Part shown: positions 39,499 through 52,534 of the stretch, in pieces
Layout: each line of letters starts with the position of its first letter
Numbering within the stretch: position 1 is the first letter of the stretch
NCBI GenBank assembly: GCA_030390025.1
Contig: CM059432.1
Span: 86,988,001-87,052,000, forward strand
From: Squalus acanthias
Lineage: Eukaryota
DNA length: 64,000 nucleotides
Reading direction: 5' to 3'
The notes under the pieces: generated by a model
Database searches by the model: none
What the model was told of the DNA's origin: nothing
Seen by the model: the letters and a program-made list of their open reading frames with translations, nothing else
Translations under genes and position numbers: made by a program

Positions 39499-40893
39499 GA
39501 GTACAGCTGCTTCAGTCCTCCGGCTCCTTCTCCTTGACCTGCTGCTGCTTGCTGAGGCAGCTGCACAGCCAGCAATGCTAAGAATGAGGTTCTGCAGCAT
39601 CAATGAAACTCCCCTTTAAGAACTGAAAAAAGCCTGTGGCAATCATGACTTGCGATTAGACTGCACCTGAGTCCATCCAATGAGCTTGGGCTTAAAGACT
39701 TGAATTAGCGTTCCAATCATATCTTTGAGCAGTGAGCATGAATTTTGCATGCAGTCTAAAGCATTAGCGCATGGCACTAATTCTCCAACTTTTCTAATTA
39801 TACTGCCCATTCCTGGGCTATAGTGCATTTCTAGCCCTTTTATATTTTAATTATTAGTGTTCTTGTTAAAAAAAATTCTAATCTGTCCATTGTCAGTTCT
39901 GCCCTTTTTCAGCCTCTTGGCACTGTTCAACCTGAATTTCCTCTTCCCTCTCCTCCAAGCATGGCACATGCGGAGGTACCAGCTCGATCAGCTTCTGTGT
40001 CCAACCACCCCTCTGCTGTGCCCCCTGACTCCAACGCAACCCCACCTCTTTGCTCTGCCTGATCTGACCCTAACCCAGCCTCTCTGCCTTCCCAATCCTG
40101 ATCGAGCTGTTCTGCCTGACCTATTGTCGACCACATCTGGTCTCTTCCTGGCCACCTGACCTTGAAAGGTAAGTGGGGTAATGGCTGGTTTTCCTGCTAT
40201 CACTCCCTTGTGAATCTAATGCTTTTGTGAGCAAATGGTTCCAGAAGAAAGTTTTATACCAAGGTTTCATGGCAATGGTTTTGATAATGCTAAGAGACTA
40301 TTGTTTATGCTACTGTTGATGTATTTTTGACCATTTCCTCACAAATGGAATCACTTGCCAAAGGATTTCTTATCTGTTTTCCTTCTAGAGTGTTAATTAT
40401 TTTTTACTGTTACTTGAAAAATGTATTTAGGTTCAAATAATACTATTGTAAAATTATGACACAACTTCAAATTAAGCTGCAATTAAAACTTTTTTAAAAG
40501 ATTGTCTTGGATATGGATGATGCAGGCAAGGTTGTATTTATTGCCCATCCTTCGTTGCCTTGAGAAGGTGGTGGTGGGGATTCACCTTGAACTGCAGTTC
40601 TTGTGGTGATGGTGCTTCTACTATGGCGTTAGGTAGGGAATTCCAGGATTTTGACCCAGCAACAATGAAGGAATGCCGATATATATCCAAATCAAGATGA
40701 TGCATGACTTGAAGGTGATGGTGTTCCAATGACATTGCTGCTTTTGCCCTTCTCAGTGGTAGAGGTTATCGAAGTAACCTTGGCGAGTTGCTGCAGCCAT
40801 AATGCACCAGTGGTGGAGGAGGTGGATATTAAATCTGGTGGTAAGGATGCCAAACAAATGTATTGCTCTGTCCTGGATGGTGTTAAACTCCTT

Positions 40894-43149
40894 GGGGGAG
40901 AAATTCCCTACCTTAGCGCCACCCGTTAGCGTGGCATTACATCAAGAAAGCGGCGGCCGTTCTTCCGCCAGCTGGTGGCGGGTTCCACGGCGTCCTCCAT
41001 TTTTGAATCCTGGTAGCGCTGCCATTCTGAAGTAGCGCCCTTCAAAAAAAATGGCAGAGTGCTGATGTCAATTGGCGTGCAACGCCGACTTAACGTCACA
41101 ACGGTGAACTTCAACCCTAGCTCTGAGTTCAGTACTGGGTCCTAAGCATGGCAGGTAAACCCAGCATGCAAACAGACTGACAGAAGTGCTGTCAGCACCT
41201 CTTAAAGGGACAAACACATGTTTCAGGTAAGTTTGCATTTAAACTTTTGGACTGGGTTTTTTTGATTTTATTGAACTGGTGGCTTGCTGCAATAGATGTT
41301 AAAAGTTTTTTAAGTGTGTAGGAAGTGCTGCTGGAAGCTTGCAAGGCCTTGGATGGTAAAGGAAGGCCTCTGAGAAGGCAGAAAATGCTGCAAATACTCA
41401 GCAGGTCAGACAACATCCATGGAGAGAGAAACGGAGTTCACGTCTCAGGTCAAGATGCTGCCTGACCAGCTGAGTATTTCCAGCATTTTATGCTGTCATT
41501 TCAGATTTACAGCATCCACTCACAGAGGGAAGAGGAAGACGCAGAAGAGGAAGAAACAGAAGAGTTAGAAGCCAAGGAGGAGGAAGCAGAAGAGGAGAAA
41601 GCAGAAGGAAGGATGCAACCCAGACAGTGCCATTCTAGCCAGGATATCCGGGATGGAATCATCCACCTGCGGTTACAGTGACCACAACCTCAATTCCCCT
41701 TTCAACATTTGTCCCACACCTTACCTTCCCTCTGTTACTGATCAGCACAGCATCCTCTTGACCACAATGCTGAAATAATGTCACCACAAAGCAAACTTTT
41801 CAATCCAACTTTATACATCTATCCATCCAATATGACATCAAGAAATCAACTCATCACCCTTATGCATTCTCTTAGTAACTGTCTTGTGTGTGCCTTTGCC
41901 CATCCTACTGATGTCACGCAGTGCTACCCTAGTGACTGCAGCATGGCTGGTGGAAGGCTGCTGACTTTCAGTGGGGGACACGGCAAATGGCCTTGCTGGT
42001 CGACCTTGAGGAGCTGGTGGCTGGGAGTATCAAATCAATCTTCTTCTTCTTCACTCTCCTCTCCCTCTTCTTGGTCAACCACTGGCTGGGCAGCTGCATT
42101 TCTTGGGTGTGTGAAATGAGGAAAGCAAAAGGGTGGAGTTGTGGTGAGGGGAGGGTGGGAAAGCAAGAGGTGCATGCTAGAAGGAGGATAGCGTATGAGG
42201 ATACCAGCATCTTGTATCATTTCAGCCCTGCTGCTGGCCAAGGGCTCAGCCATGCCCCTGCCAAAAATGGCCTGCACCGTCTCCTCCAAGGGGGTGAGGT
42301 GAGGCTAGGATTGGGAGATGTGCCTCGTGATTGGTACAGATTGTTCGTAGGGGAGAGATTGGGGCAGGGTTTGACAGAGTCGTGCATTGAGCAGCGTGTG
42401 AGGCTAGTGATGCAGTTGGTAGGAGACGACTTTTGAAGATGCATTCACTGACCTTGACCACTGGTCTGAGGTCATGAAGATTCTTTGGGCACTGAAGCCA
42501 GGTGGTGGGGGCGACACTGCTGGCAATGATGACCTCGGTGATCTGGTCCCACATTGTTCTTTCTGGAGGGCCTCCTGGCCCCTGTGGGTAGAGGACTTCT
42601 CTTGCAGTTTTGACCCCCTGCATAAGGCTGGAGTGCTGCATGTGAGACCCTGGGTGCCCCTTCCCTGGCTTACTGAGCTATTTGTGTTAGTGCTAAAGCA
42701 CTTTTCCCATTTTTTGAGGTTCGGAAGAGAATTCAGCTTTAAGTGCTGAAGACTCCTATTTGGGACTTCTTTTTAGTGATAATTTGTTTTTTGAAATGCA
42801 GTAAGGGCTGAAAAATGCATTTTTCACTTGATTTTAATTTTTATTAGTTCTGAACGCATTGCCCCTTTAATTCATAGCCCTTTTAAATGCCCACAATTCA
42901 TTGCGAACTTCACAGCCTCACTCCCAGAGGCTGTAAGAAGCTGCAGCGCCGATTGTGGACGGGATCTTCGGGTCAGAGGCCTCCACCAGCGCCACCAGGA
43001 GGGCGTTACATTGTAAGTTAGCGCTGCTCTACAGATCTCCATCCCAAGTGCAAATTTTTGTCCGGTAGGGCTGCGGCCATTTTCAGCGGCCGTAAACCCA
43101 AAGCCGCGGTGACATCGGCAGGTTTCTGTCAATGTCCAATTTTTCCCCC
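40894..43149. mobile_element. Harbinger deletion derivative (transposase termini plus Myb remnants)
   Basis: TIRs GGGGGAGAAATT / AATTTTTCCCCC; TSD CTT. Confidence 0.92.
41378..41500. repeat. Fold-back fragment of a Penelope-like terminal repeat
   Basis: Imperfect inverted arms aaaatgctgcaaatactcagcaggtcagacaacatc / gatgctgcctgaccagctgagtatttccagcatttt; matches 52540-52600. Confidence 0.8.
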
Positions 43150-43234
43150 CTTGAATATTATTGTGGCTGCACCCATCCAGCTAAGTGGTGAGAATTTTAT
43201 CGCACTCTTGACTTGAGTCTTGTACATATTGGAG

Positions 43235-44801
43235 TAGGGTGACCATATTTTCTAAACCGAATCCAGGGACACATAGGGTGGGAGCACAGCAAAGTAGCCA
43301 GGACAGAAGATGTAAGTAGCGCAGCGTAGTGAGGCAAATTTTTTAGCAGCCTATATTTTGACAGTTGTACATATACACTACAAAGGCAATACAAATGTGC
43401 ATATAATTACCGCGGACGTGACGTCACATTATTGAAGCGCATTCAGACACCTGACCCCACCCCGTGACTGAAGTTACATCTGACCCCTCCCCTCAGTGAC
43501 TGAGGTCACACCTGATCCCCCCAGTGACTGAGGTCACACCTGACCCCTCCCCGTGACTGAGGTCACATCTGACCCCTCCCCTCAGTGACTGAGGTCACAC
43601 CTGATCCCCCCAGTGACTGAGGTCACACCTGACCCCACCCCGTGACTGAGGTCACATCTGACCCCTCCCCTCAGTGACTGAGGTCACACCTGATCCCCCC
43701 CAGTGACTGAGGTCACACCTGACCCCTCCCCCCCCGTGACTGAGGTCACATCTGACCCCCTTCCCCAGCGACTGAGGTCACATCTGACCCCTCCCCCCCA
43801 GTGACTGAGGTCACACCTGACCCCCCCCCTCAGTGACTGAGGTCACACTGGACCCCCCTTCCCCAGTGACTGAGGTCACACCTGACCCCCCCCTTCCCCA
43901 GTGACTGAGGTCACATCTGACCCCTCCCCCCCAGTGACTGAGGTCACACCTGACCCCCCCCCCCCTCAGTGACTGAGGTCACACTGGACCCCCCTTCCCC
44001 AGTGACTGAGGTCACACCTGACCCCCCCTTCCCCAGTGACTGAGGTCACACTGGACCCCCCCCCAGTGACTGAGGTCACACCTGTCCCCTCCCCTCCAGT
44101 AACTGTGGTCACACCTGACCCCTCCCCCCCCCAGTGACTGAGGTCACATCTGACCCCTCCCCCCCAGTGACTGAGGTCACATCTGACCCCCTTCCCTAAT
44201 GACTGAGGTCACACCTGACCCCCCCCCCGACTCCCCCTCCCCCCCAGTGACTGAGGTCACATCTGACCCCCTTCCCTAGTGACTGAGGTCACACCTGACC
44301 CCCTTCCCCAGTGACTGAGGTCACACCTGACCCCCCCCCCCCCGTGACTGAGGTCACACCTGACCCCCCCCCCCCCCCCCCAGTGACTGAGGTCACACCT
44401 GGCCCCCCCAGAGTGTCTAGGATTCACCCGCTCCCTTCCCCCAGTGACGTTGACCGGGAGCTCCTCCGCGGCCTCTCCCTCACCCCCTCCGGTTGCCGTG
44501 CTCCCAGGCACTTCCGATGCACAAGCCCGGCCGTAAACTCAGAAATAACAACCGGCACATGCACAGAAAGACCGTCCAGTCGTGCATGCGCAGTTACTCA
44601 CTCTGGCCATTGTACAAGTTGTTGTTCAATTTAGCCTTAGAGCCGCAAACTGACAGCTCAGGGGGGTACACTCGCTGCCCAGGGATACACTTTGGGGACG
44701 AGTTTTGTGACCCGGTGACTCTTCCAGGGACATTGCTTGCGCAGGGACACAGTACCTCATCCGGGACTGTCTCTGGAAAATGAGGACATATGGTCACCCT
44801 A
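43235..44801. mobile_element. Non-autonomous hAT element (Blackjack/MER81-like TIR) carrying a minisatellite
   Basis: Perfect 14-bp TIRs TAGGGTGACCATAT / ATATGGTCACCCTA; 8-bp TSD TATTGGAG / TAGTGGAG (7/8). Confidence 0.92.
43447..44410. repeat. Minisatellite, about 29 units of ~28-38 bp: CAGTGACTGAGGTCACA(C/T)CTGA + variable C tract
   Basis: Directly visible tandem array, counted by eye. Confidence 0.97.
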
Positions 44802-46630
44802 TAGTGGAGGGGCTTTGAGGGGGTAAGGGGCTGAGCCAATCTTTGCAGATTACCTATGATGTTGATATGGTTGGTCTAGTTAACCATCTGGTTAATGGTG
44901 ACCTCCAGAATGTTAATGGTGGGGTCTCAGAAATGGTAGTCCCCCACAAGGTCAAGGGGAGGTGGTAGGGCTTTCCCTTGTTTGTGGTGATCATTACCTG
45001 CCATTTGTCAGCCCAACCCTATATGATATGTAGGCCCTGCTCTAGGCTGGCATGGGCTGCTTCATTATTTGAGAAGTTGTGAATGGGGCTGAACACTATG
45101 GAATCATCAGCAAGGGAAGGTCATTAATGAAGCAGTAGAAGATGGCAGGGCCAGAGATGCTTCCCTGAGGAACTCTTGCAGAGATTAACCTCTGATAATG
45201 GGGAACGGCTAGCTCTGTTGCACAGGTCTTCACTATTTTAGCCAAGGCCCATAGTCTTTGTTGTGTCCAGTCACACAGCTGCTGATTAATGCTACCTAGA
45301 GTGAATCAAATTGGTTGGACATCGGCATCTGTGATACTGGAGACCTCAGAAGGAGGTTTAGTAGAATTTTCACTCAGCACGTTTGGTTGATGATACTTGC
45401 AAACACTTGTCTCCTGCACTCACTGCTGGGTTTCACAATGGTTGAGCAAGGATGTTCATGGAGTCTTCTCCTCCCATACCTGGTTGTCCACCACAGTTCT
45501 CGACTGGATGTGGCAGGGCTAAAGAGTTTTGCTGAGATCTGTTGTTTCAGGGACCACTCAGCTCTGTCTATAACTTTAATTCTCCGCTCCACTCCCACTC
45601 TTACTTCTCTATCCTCTGCATCCTACACTGTTCCAATGATGCTCAATGCAAGCTCAAGGAACAGCACTTCATCTTTCTATTAAGCACTTTACAGGCTTCC
45701 TGCCTTAACATTGAGTATAATAACTTTAGATCTTAACCACCCCTCCAATTTCTCGGACAGCAGGTGCTGGTAATGGAGGATGCTGCACCAGAGTCACTGG
45801 GAGTGGAGGAGGTGTGGGCTGGTGCTTGGGGTGGGAATCCTTTATTGGTACATGCCTGATGGGCTGGTTCGTCTCTCTGGGGTCTACCCACCTTTCTCCG
45901 CCACATTCCCAGGCCATGGGAGCCTTCTCCTCTTTGCCAGATTTTCCATTCTGCTGTAACCATTTACACCTCCGATAGACCCATCTTTTGTTTTTTTACT
46001 TGCCCCATTATAATCCTCTTTTGCATTGCACCATCATCCCTTTTGTCATTTAATCACTCCTGCCCTCTACCCTATCACAGACCATCCATTTTGTTCGCCC
46101 CGCCTTCCCCACTTTTCCCTGGTTCAGTACTTGCTTAAAAACTGTGAGGGGGAAAAATTTGGTTGGGTAGTGCCTCCCGTTAGTGCCTCCGGGGGGGGGG
46201 GGACTAATGGGGCGCTAGGAACTTAGCGCCGAGCGTGGCGATTTTAGCGCCGCTCGCGAAATTGACCGGTTGCTTTGCTCTGCCGCTAAACACTACTGCC
46301 ATGATCTCCTGCGCCCGCAGATCATGACGTCATTTGAGCGCGTAGTGTCCCGGACCGGAAATTGAGTCGCGCCCCCTGCCTCACCGCCTACCACTAGGAA
46401 AAACAGGTAGAGGGGAAACGTTTTCAAGTCGGGAAGGGGCTGGGGAGCGCTGTTTAAAGGCGGGCACTTCCTGCCTTTTCTTGTCAGCAACATTTTTGGT
46501 ACACGCAGGTTGAGAGGGAGAGAGACTTCTGGAGAGATTTGACGCTGTCCTAAGGAGTTTTGGGTCCTGAGCACCACTTTTGAGGTTAATATTTATTTGA
46601 CCTTCATATTTCCCATATTTAGAAGATTAA

Positions 46631-47799
46631 ATGGGGGCTGTACTAACTCGGGGTGTCGTCGCCCAGCTTCACCTTTGGAGGCAGCAGAGGCGCAGAGAGA
46701 GAGAGTGGCAAATGTGGCCAGAGGGAGGAGGGCCAACAGGCCTCTGCACAGGAGACCTTGCCCTCCCAGGGTATTCAGGGAGCAATTCTCTTATATCCAT
46801 TTGTCAGAGGAGCAGTGTTTGCGCAGGCTGTGCTTCAGCAAGGAGGTGGTCACTGAGCTCTGCCACCTCCTGCAGCCAGATCTGTAGCCTCAGCTCAGGA
46901 CCAGGACGTCTCTGTCGGTGGCAGTGAAGGTGATGGTGGCTTTGAATTTTTATGCCAGTGGCTCCTTTCAGGCTTCTACTGGGGACATCACCAATATCTC
47001 CCAGTTCGTGGTCCATTGTTGCATTCGGGAGGTGACAAATGCCCTGTATAAAAGGAGACGCCAGTACATCTCTTTCCCCATGACCCGGGACAAGCAGCGC
47101 GAACGCGCATGTGGCTTTGCTAGGATAGCGGGCTTCCCCATGGTGCAGGGCGCCATTGACTGCACGCATGTGGCATTGCGGGCACCGCATGAAAACGCAT
47201 AGGTGTTCCGAAACCGCAAGGGCTTCCACTCTTTGAATGTTCAGTTGGTCTGTGACCACAGACAGCTCATCCTCGCCGTCAATGCCCGCTATCCTGGCAG
47301 CAGCCACGATGCTTTTATCCTGCGCCAGGCTGGTGACGCAGACCTCTTCCAACCACCGCGTCAACCTAGTGGATGGCTCCTCGGGGACAAGGGTTACCCA
47401 CTCTGCACCTGGCTGATGACACCGCTCCGTAACCCCAACTCCCCTGCCGAGCTGCAATACAATGAGAGCCATAGCGCCACCAGGAACCTCATAGAGCAGA
47501 CGATCGGCATCTTGAAACAACGGTTCCGGTGTCTGGACCACTCAGGAGGAGCCCGGCAGTACTCTCCCGAGCGAGTCTCCCTTTTCATTGTTGTGTGCTG
47601 CATGCTGCATAACATTGCGATCATGAGGACCCAGCCATTGCCACCAGGGATTGGTGCACCATCTGAGGAGGAGGAGGAAGAGGGAGAGGAGTAGGAGGAG
47701 GATGAGGAGGAGGATCAGCAGCACCAACGTGGGAGGGAGGCGCACAATGTTGCCACTGCAAGGACCATCCGTGAACGGCTCATAAGACACTGCTTCTAA
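46631..47799 (+). pseudogene. Harbinger DDE transposase (HARBI1-like); one N-terminal frameshift and three in-frame TAG stops
   Basis: ORFs starting 46597, 46918 and 47203 share a frame; GAIDCTH, GSSHD, GDKGY and IEQTIG are all present. Confidence 0.95.
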
Positions 47800-48093
47800 C
47801 CTTTACAGAGAAGATGGCTTCTGGAATGAAGAAGCACATCATCAAAAGCATCCTGCACCCTCTATTGCCGGGCAAAGTTGCAATGAGTCAAATCAGCAAA
47901 GATGTAAAGTAAGAATAAAAAAAATTATTTATATTGCAAACTCTGTGTCATTTATTCAGTACAAACAATTAGAAACAAACCCAACAATTCATGAACTAAC
48001 AAAACTTGTTCTCACAACATGGATATAAATGGCAAAACAGTCAACAAATATAATAACAACAACCTCGAACTTTCCCACAAACATTCCCCCCAT

Positions 48094-49994
48094 TTATTTA
48101 CAGATTCTACTTTTTGCCCTTCGAGGGTGATCTCCCTCCCCTTCGCACTTCCCCACTTCCCACCCTACTGCTCCTCCGTAATGTGGCCCTAGTGGCTGCA
48201 GCAAAGCTGGCGGAAGGCTGCTGAATGTCGGTTCCAGAGACTGCAGATGTCTTGAAGGACGCCCTCGACCAGCTCTGGGCCTGGAGGGCCCGGCTGCAGA
48301 CTGCACCAACTCTGCATGGGCGGCAGCAGTCTGGGCTGGCTGGGTTACAGGCTGTGGCAAGTGCAATGGGGACATGGCAGTGGTGGGAGCAGAAATGCTG
48401 TCATCCTGAGAGAGGACAGCACCTTCCTGCTCAACCGACACACTGCCACTCCCTCGTGGCAGTACCTCAGCATCTGGAGCAATCTGCTCGAGCACAGATT
48501 GCTTGCCTGCTGCGGTACTGTGAGATCCCCGGGGGACTGTGGGCAACCCAGCGATGATGGCAGCAGTCAGTGCTTGCATGACATCAATCTGGGACTGCAT
48601 GAGAGCAGTCTGAGATTGGATGGCACCAGCCAATGACTCAATTGCAGCACTAAGCCGTTGCGTCTCGTCAGCCTGTGCTGCAATAGATCCTGCCACCTCA
48701 CCCATTACATGCAGCATGGGCCGTGGTTCACAACGGTCTCCCTGCAATTCAACCATCCTCTGCAATGAGGCAAGGATGGGTTCAAGGGTTTGCGCACAGA
48801 TGACAACTGTGCTGGCGGCGGACTCCTCCACGCTCCTAGCCAGTCCATCCATGCTGTCGGGCACCCTTGATATTGCACCCATGAGCTCCGTATGCATGCT
48901 CTAGGCCTGGGTATTCATGGCCGCGATGCCGAGGTCCTCATCCGAGTCCTGTGCAGCAGGACTCACTTGCCTACTCACCCTCCGGGGAGATGGCCCCCGA
49001 GCTTCCCTACCCCCATGGCGTTGCTGCAGCCCGCTGGATCCAGGAGCTTCACCCACATCAGACCCTAACCCCCCACTCCCCTCCAGGGAAGTCGTGGCCC
49101 CAGTGTTTGATGTGTCACCCTCGGGACACGCAGGCGGTGAGGTGCGGGCTTCGTCTTCCTCCTTGTCTGGCGCGTCGCTGCCGCTGGCAGGTTGAGGGAC
49201 AGGCTGGTCAGCTGGTGGTTCACTATCTGAAAGCAGGAAGGTACAAGAGTGGCTTTAGCATGAGGGCAGGGGGGCAAGAAGGGAGCAAGGACTGGAGACA
49301 GTTAGTTGGATTGAAAGTGTAAAAAGCTGGTGTTGTGAGGGGCAAGTGGTATGAGAGAGGAGAGAAAGCTGATGAACATACCATTGCTGTCCACAAGGGG
49401 GTCGACCTCTCCAGTGGCCATGTTACCGATGACCTGGCTGGCAACGATCCTGTGGACTCTGTCCTCCAACTCAGTCAGTGGGTGTAGGTCCGCCGGTCCT
49501 CCTCCCGTGCGTTGCTGCTCCCGTCTGTTATGAGGGAGCTTGGCCTGCAAGAAAAAGGACAGCATCTGAGTGAGTGTGCAGCCATGTGTTTGGCTGATAT
49601 GCCTCTCAAAGTTGAATAGCCACGAATGTGTGCAAGGTGTGGAATGTGCAGGTGTGTTTTATGAGATGGCCATAGGTCTTGGATGAGTGTTGGGCATTTG
49701 GGTTTTTAAACCGTCTGGGCACAGAGTGAAGTTGAGATGGAGGGATGTAAAGGTATTGAAAAGCAGGTACTCAGCCTGACCACCCGAGTGAGGTCGTTGA
49801 ACTTCTTCCGACATTGGGTGTGGGTCCTTGGCACCAGGCTCCTGGAGGAGACGTGCTGAGCCACCTCCCTCCACACCATTCTAAACTCCCGGAGCAATGG
49901 CCTCCTGCCACTCTTTGGGAACAGCACTGCCCGTCACAGAGCCACCAATGCCTTGTCGCTGAATTGCCTAGCTCTTTCTCTGGGCCTCTCCATT
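48094..49994 (-). pseudogene. Harbinger Myb/SANT gene, 3 exons; intron 1 donor mutated (ctgagt)
   Basis: WREVAQHVSSRS...THTQCRKKFNDL; AKLPHNRREQQRTGGG; long Ala/Gln-rich helical exon 3 (ORF 48094-48897). Confidence 0.87.
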
Positions 49995-50344
49995 ACTGCT
50001 TCTAAGAGAAACTTTAAAGACAGGTCTGTCGAGGTCTAGATTCAAGGCTGCCCAGCAAGATGGCCCCTCCCCTTTAAGAACTGGACGGCGCCAGTCTGTC
50101 TGTCTTCCATGGTAACTGACATTGCTTGAGCGTTCTGAGGTAGTGCCTTGCTCACCGACGCTTACGCCTTAAGAGAGGTGTGTAGCACCTGATTTAGCGC
50201 TCAAATCACCTCCAGGGGCGATAGAGGCCAATTTTGCGTCGGTGTCGATAATTAGTGCCGGGCACTAAACTTTGCACCCGGCCGATATTAGCGCCCCAAA
50301 ATGGGCGATACCCAATTTTTCCCCCTTAATCTCCAACATCTTCC

Positions 50345-50377
50345 AGTTCTGATGAAAGGTCATCGATCTGAAATGTT
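50345..50377 (+). ncRNA. Minimal type-I hammerhead ribozyme motif of the Penelope terminal repeat (degenerate; stem I 3' strand displaced to 52538)
   Basis: agtt-CTGATGA-aaggtc-atc-gatct-GAAA-tGTT [insertion] aact. Confidence 0.7.
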
Positions 50378-52534
50378 GGCCGGAATTTTCCCATTGGAGA
50401 GTGTGGGGGCGATTTTCTGATGTCGGAGGAGGCGGGTTTGGAGGCGGGAAAGGCGGGAAAATCAGAATCGAAGAGATCAGGTTCAGAACCCGCCTCCAAC
50501 CCGCCTCCGCGGGATTTTGCTGGTGCCGGTTTTGGAGGTCGGGAAACACTCACGCCTCCAGCTGGCAATTGCGCTATTAAAGATCCTTAAATGCTCGTTA
50601 AGGGCCTCTCTAAGCCTATTCTGAGAGGCCCTCGTGATTTTTCCAGCATTTCGGTGTGATCCACGCACCTCCTAAACCAGGCCAGGTAAACCTGGCGGGT
50701 TGACTCGTGGGTGGCCTCCTCACAGCTGCAGGTCTAACAAGACATCGTTTATTGCAGCAAGGATTACTTGCAGGTGCCAGACCTTCGCTTTAAAAGGTCT
50801 CTGAGCACTTTTAGAAGGCCTTCCGAAGTCGGAGGTGCTGCAGCTTGACTCCATCAACTGTGGGACTTCCTGGGAAGACCCTCTCCCCGCTTGCAATGAG
50901 CGCTTCCCCAAAGGAGGCATCTACAAGCAGCACGGGAACCATTCGTTTTCTTTCTGCATCGACCTCAGATGAGGATGAGGAGGAGGAGGAGGATCTGGAG
51001 GAGGTGGAGCAGGAGGAGGTCAGAGCGTTGGCGTATCGACCAGCTGCAGTGGCAGCACGCGAGCATATGGCTGCCCGGGATGCAAGGGATGAACTTATCA
51101 TGGCCAGATTTGCATAGGTTGCCCAAGTTGGCGCCATCCTAGGACATCATTGACAATGGACATGACTCTCTGGCCTCCTTTCACTCAGGCCACCAACCTG
51201 ACAACGCAAGTGTGGCGGTGCTCGCAATGTGGAGCTGCCTAAGGTGAAGGAATAGATGGCATAACGCCAACATTTTGGCTTCAAATCATTTTAATGCTTT
51301 CAAACAGGGATGGCATTTCATCAATACACAGAAACAATCTCCCTATCTGCACACAGATCTGGAGGTTATATTCCTTGCCAGCTGTACCCACGCTGCCTTG
51401 GTTTCTTTGGAAGGCCTCTTCCTCCGAGATGAGTGGAAGAGCATCTCCATGCTAGCTGTCACCCCCTCCAACAACATTTGCAGCGCCTCATCCGAGAGCC
51501 TCGGGTAGGCCCTTGCCTTGGAATTGGACATAGTGGTTTCTCAAAAGATGTTGGAGGTGGTGCAGGAGATGCAGAAATGCTGTGGAATGAGCCAAGGTAG
51601 CAAGAAGCCATAAAATCAGACTGGAAAAGTGCTGTCAACAGAGGCGAGTTTCAGTCCCAAAACACTAATTGAGCAAGGGCATCCCACACCTCTGAAATCA
51701 AGTGGTCAATCATGGGAAAATCGCAAATTTTTGAAACCTATCAGTGGAGGCGAGTTTCAAATCCACCCAAACTGAAACCCACCTCCATCTCACCTCCAGT
51801 GGGAAAATTGCCCCCTGTCAGTGGTGGTTAGTCAGATGGGGATATGAGTAGGTACATAGAGAGAGGGATGGGTGCACCTGCAAGGTAGGTTGGTGTGAGG
51901 AGTGATGTGCAGGAGTAGGCTTGGGAAGGCAGAGTGATGGGGTTGGGGTGACAAGCACATCAGGATGTAGTTGAATGTGACATTGCATTCACCTTTCCTG
52001 ACCTCATGAGATCATTAAATCTTTTCTGGCACTAGATCCAGGACCGCCTTATGACATCTCTGCTACTGACCTCCTCCGCGGTCTCCAGCCATGCTCTCTT
52101 GGTGTCTCTAGCTGGTCTTTTGCGCCCATTTGCAGGGAACAGGACCTCCCTGCGTGCTCTGACCCCCTGGACCAGCACTTCCAGGGAGGCATCAAGGAAT
52201 CTGGGCGCAGCCTTCTGTCTGTGTGACTGCATAACCCACACAAATCTTAGCGATATGCAGCAATTTCTACATCTCCCAAACATCTTTATCTCTCCTCCGA
52301 CAACGTTCAACTGGGATGTGTGCAAGGCTGCTTTAAATATCTGTGTTGAAAACGAGTCATCGGTGACGTCAGTGGAGCCGCTCCATTAAACTGGGCCGGG
52401 AAACCCGCATGACTTTCAATTGATGTGATTGAGTTAATCGCACAGTGCACAGCGCGCTGTTAAAAAGTTCGGGATGGCGACCCGCTACACGGCCCGCACG
52501 CACCCACCCCGACACTCAGGTAAAGATTTCGGCT
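50378..52534. mobile_element. Harbinger deletion derivative (Myb exon 1 + intron 1 on minus strand)
   Basis: Left TIR GGCCGGAATTTT, degenerate right TIR, TSD GTT/CTT; APRFLDASLEVLV...EVLFP at 52032-52230. Confidence 0.8.
50405..51815. mobile_element. Harbinger derivative nested in another Harbinger
   Basis: TIRs GGGGGCGATTTTC / GAAAATTGCCCCC; TSD TGT; fused transposase termini (~50930-51117) and a Myb exon 1 piece (51343-51531, minus). Confidence 0.92.

Larger units (their letters stand above)
36168..39837. mobile_element. Full-structure Harbinger transposon (lineage B)
   Basis: TSD TTT; imperfect TIRs GGTGGAAAAATT / CATTTCTAGCCC; convergent transposase and Myb genes. Confidence 0.88.
40490..45570 (-). 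mobile_element. Old Zenon-like LINE split by a Harbinger and a hAT element (40490-40893, 43150-43234, 44802-45570)
   Basis: Pieces are colinear with the reverse complement of 1-1080 and with 53210-53582. Confidence 0.8.
46148..50325. mobile_element. Most complete Harbinger copy in the window (4178 bp, lineage B)
   Basis: TIRs GGGGGAAAAATT / AATTTTTCCCCC; TSD TGA/TTA (one mismatch). Confidence 0.95.

Noticed and set aside
43447..44410. Palindromic repeats with variable intervening sequence, superficially CRISPR-like
   Set aside because: The 'spacers' are only short C runs, there are no cas genes, the context is eukaryotic, and the array lies inside hAT TIRs. It is a minisatellite.
46885..47694. 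Repeated in-frame TAG stops suggesting readthrough or recoding
   Set aside because: Each is one substitution from CAG or GAG, the positions are not shared between copies, and frameshifts co-occur.
46631..49994. Domesticated host genes HARBI1 or NAIF1
   Set aside because: Every copy is bounded by TIRs and TSDs, is multicopy, and carries stops or frameshifts.
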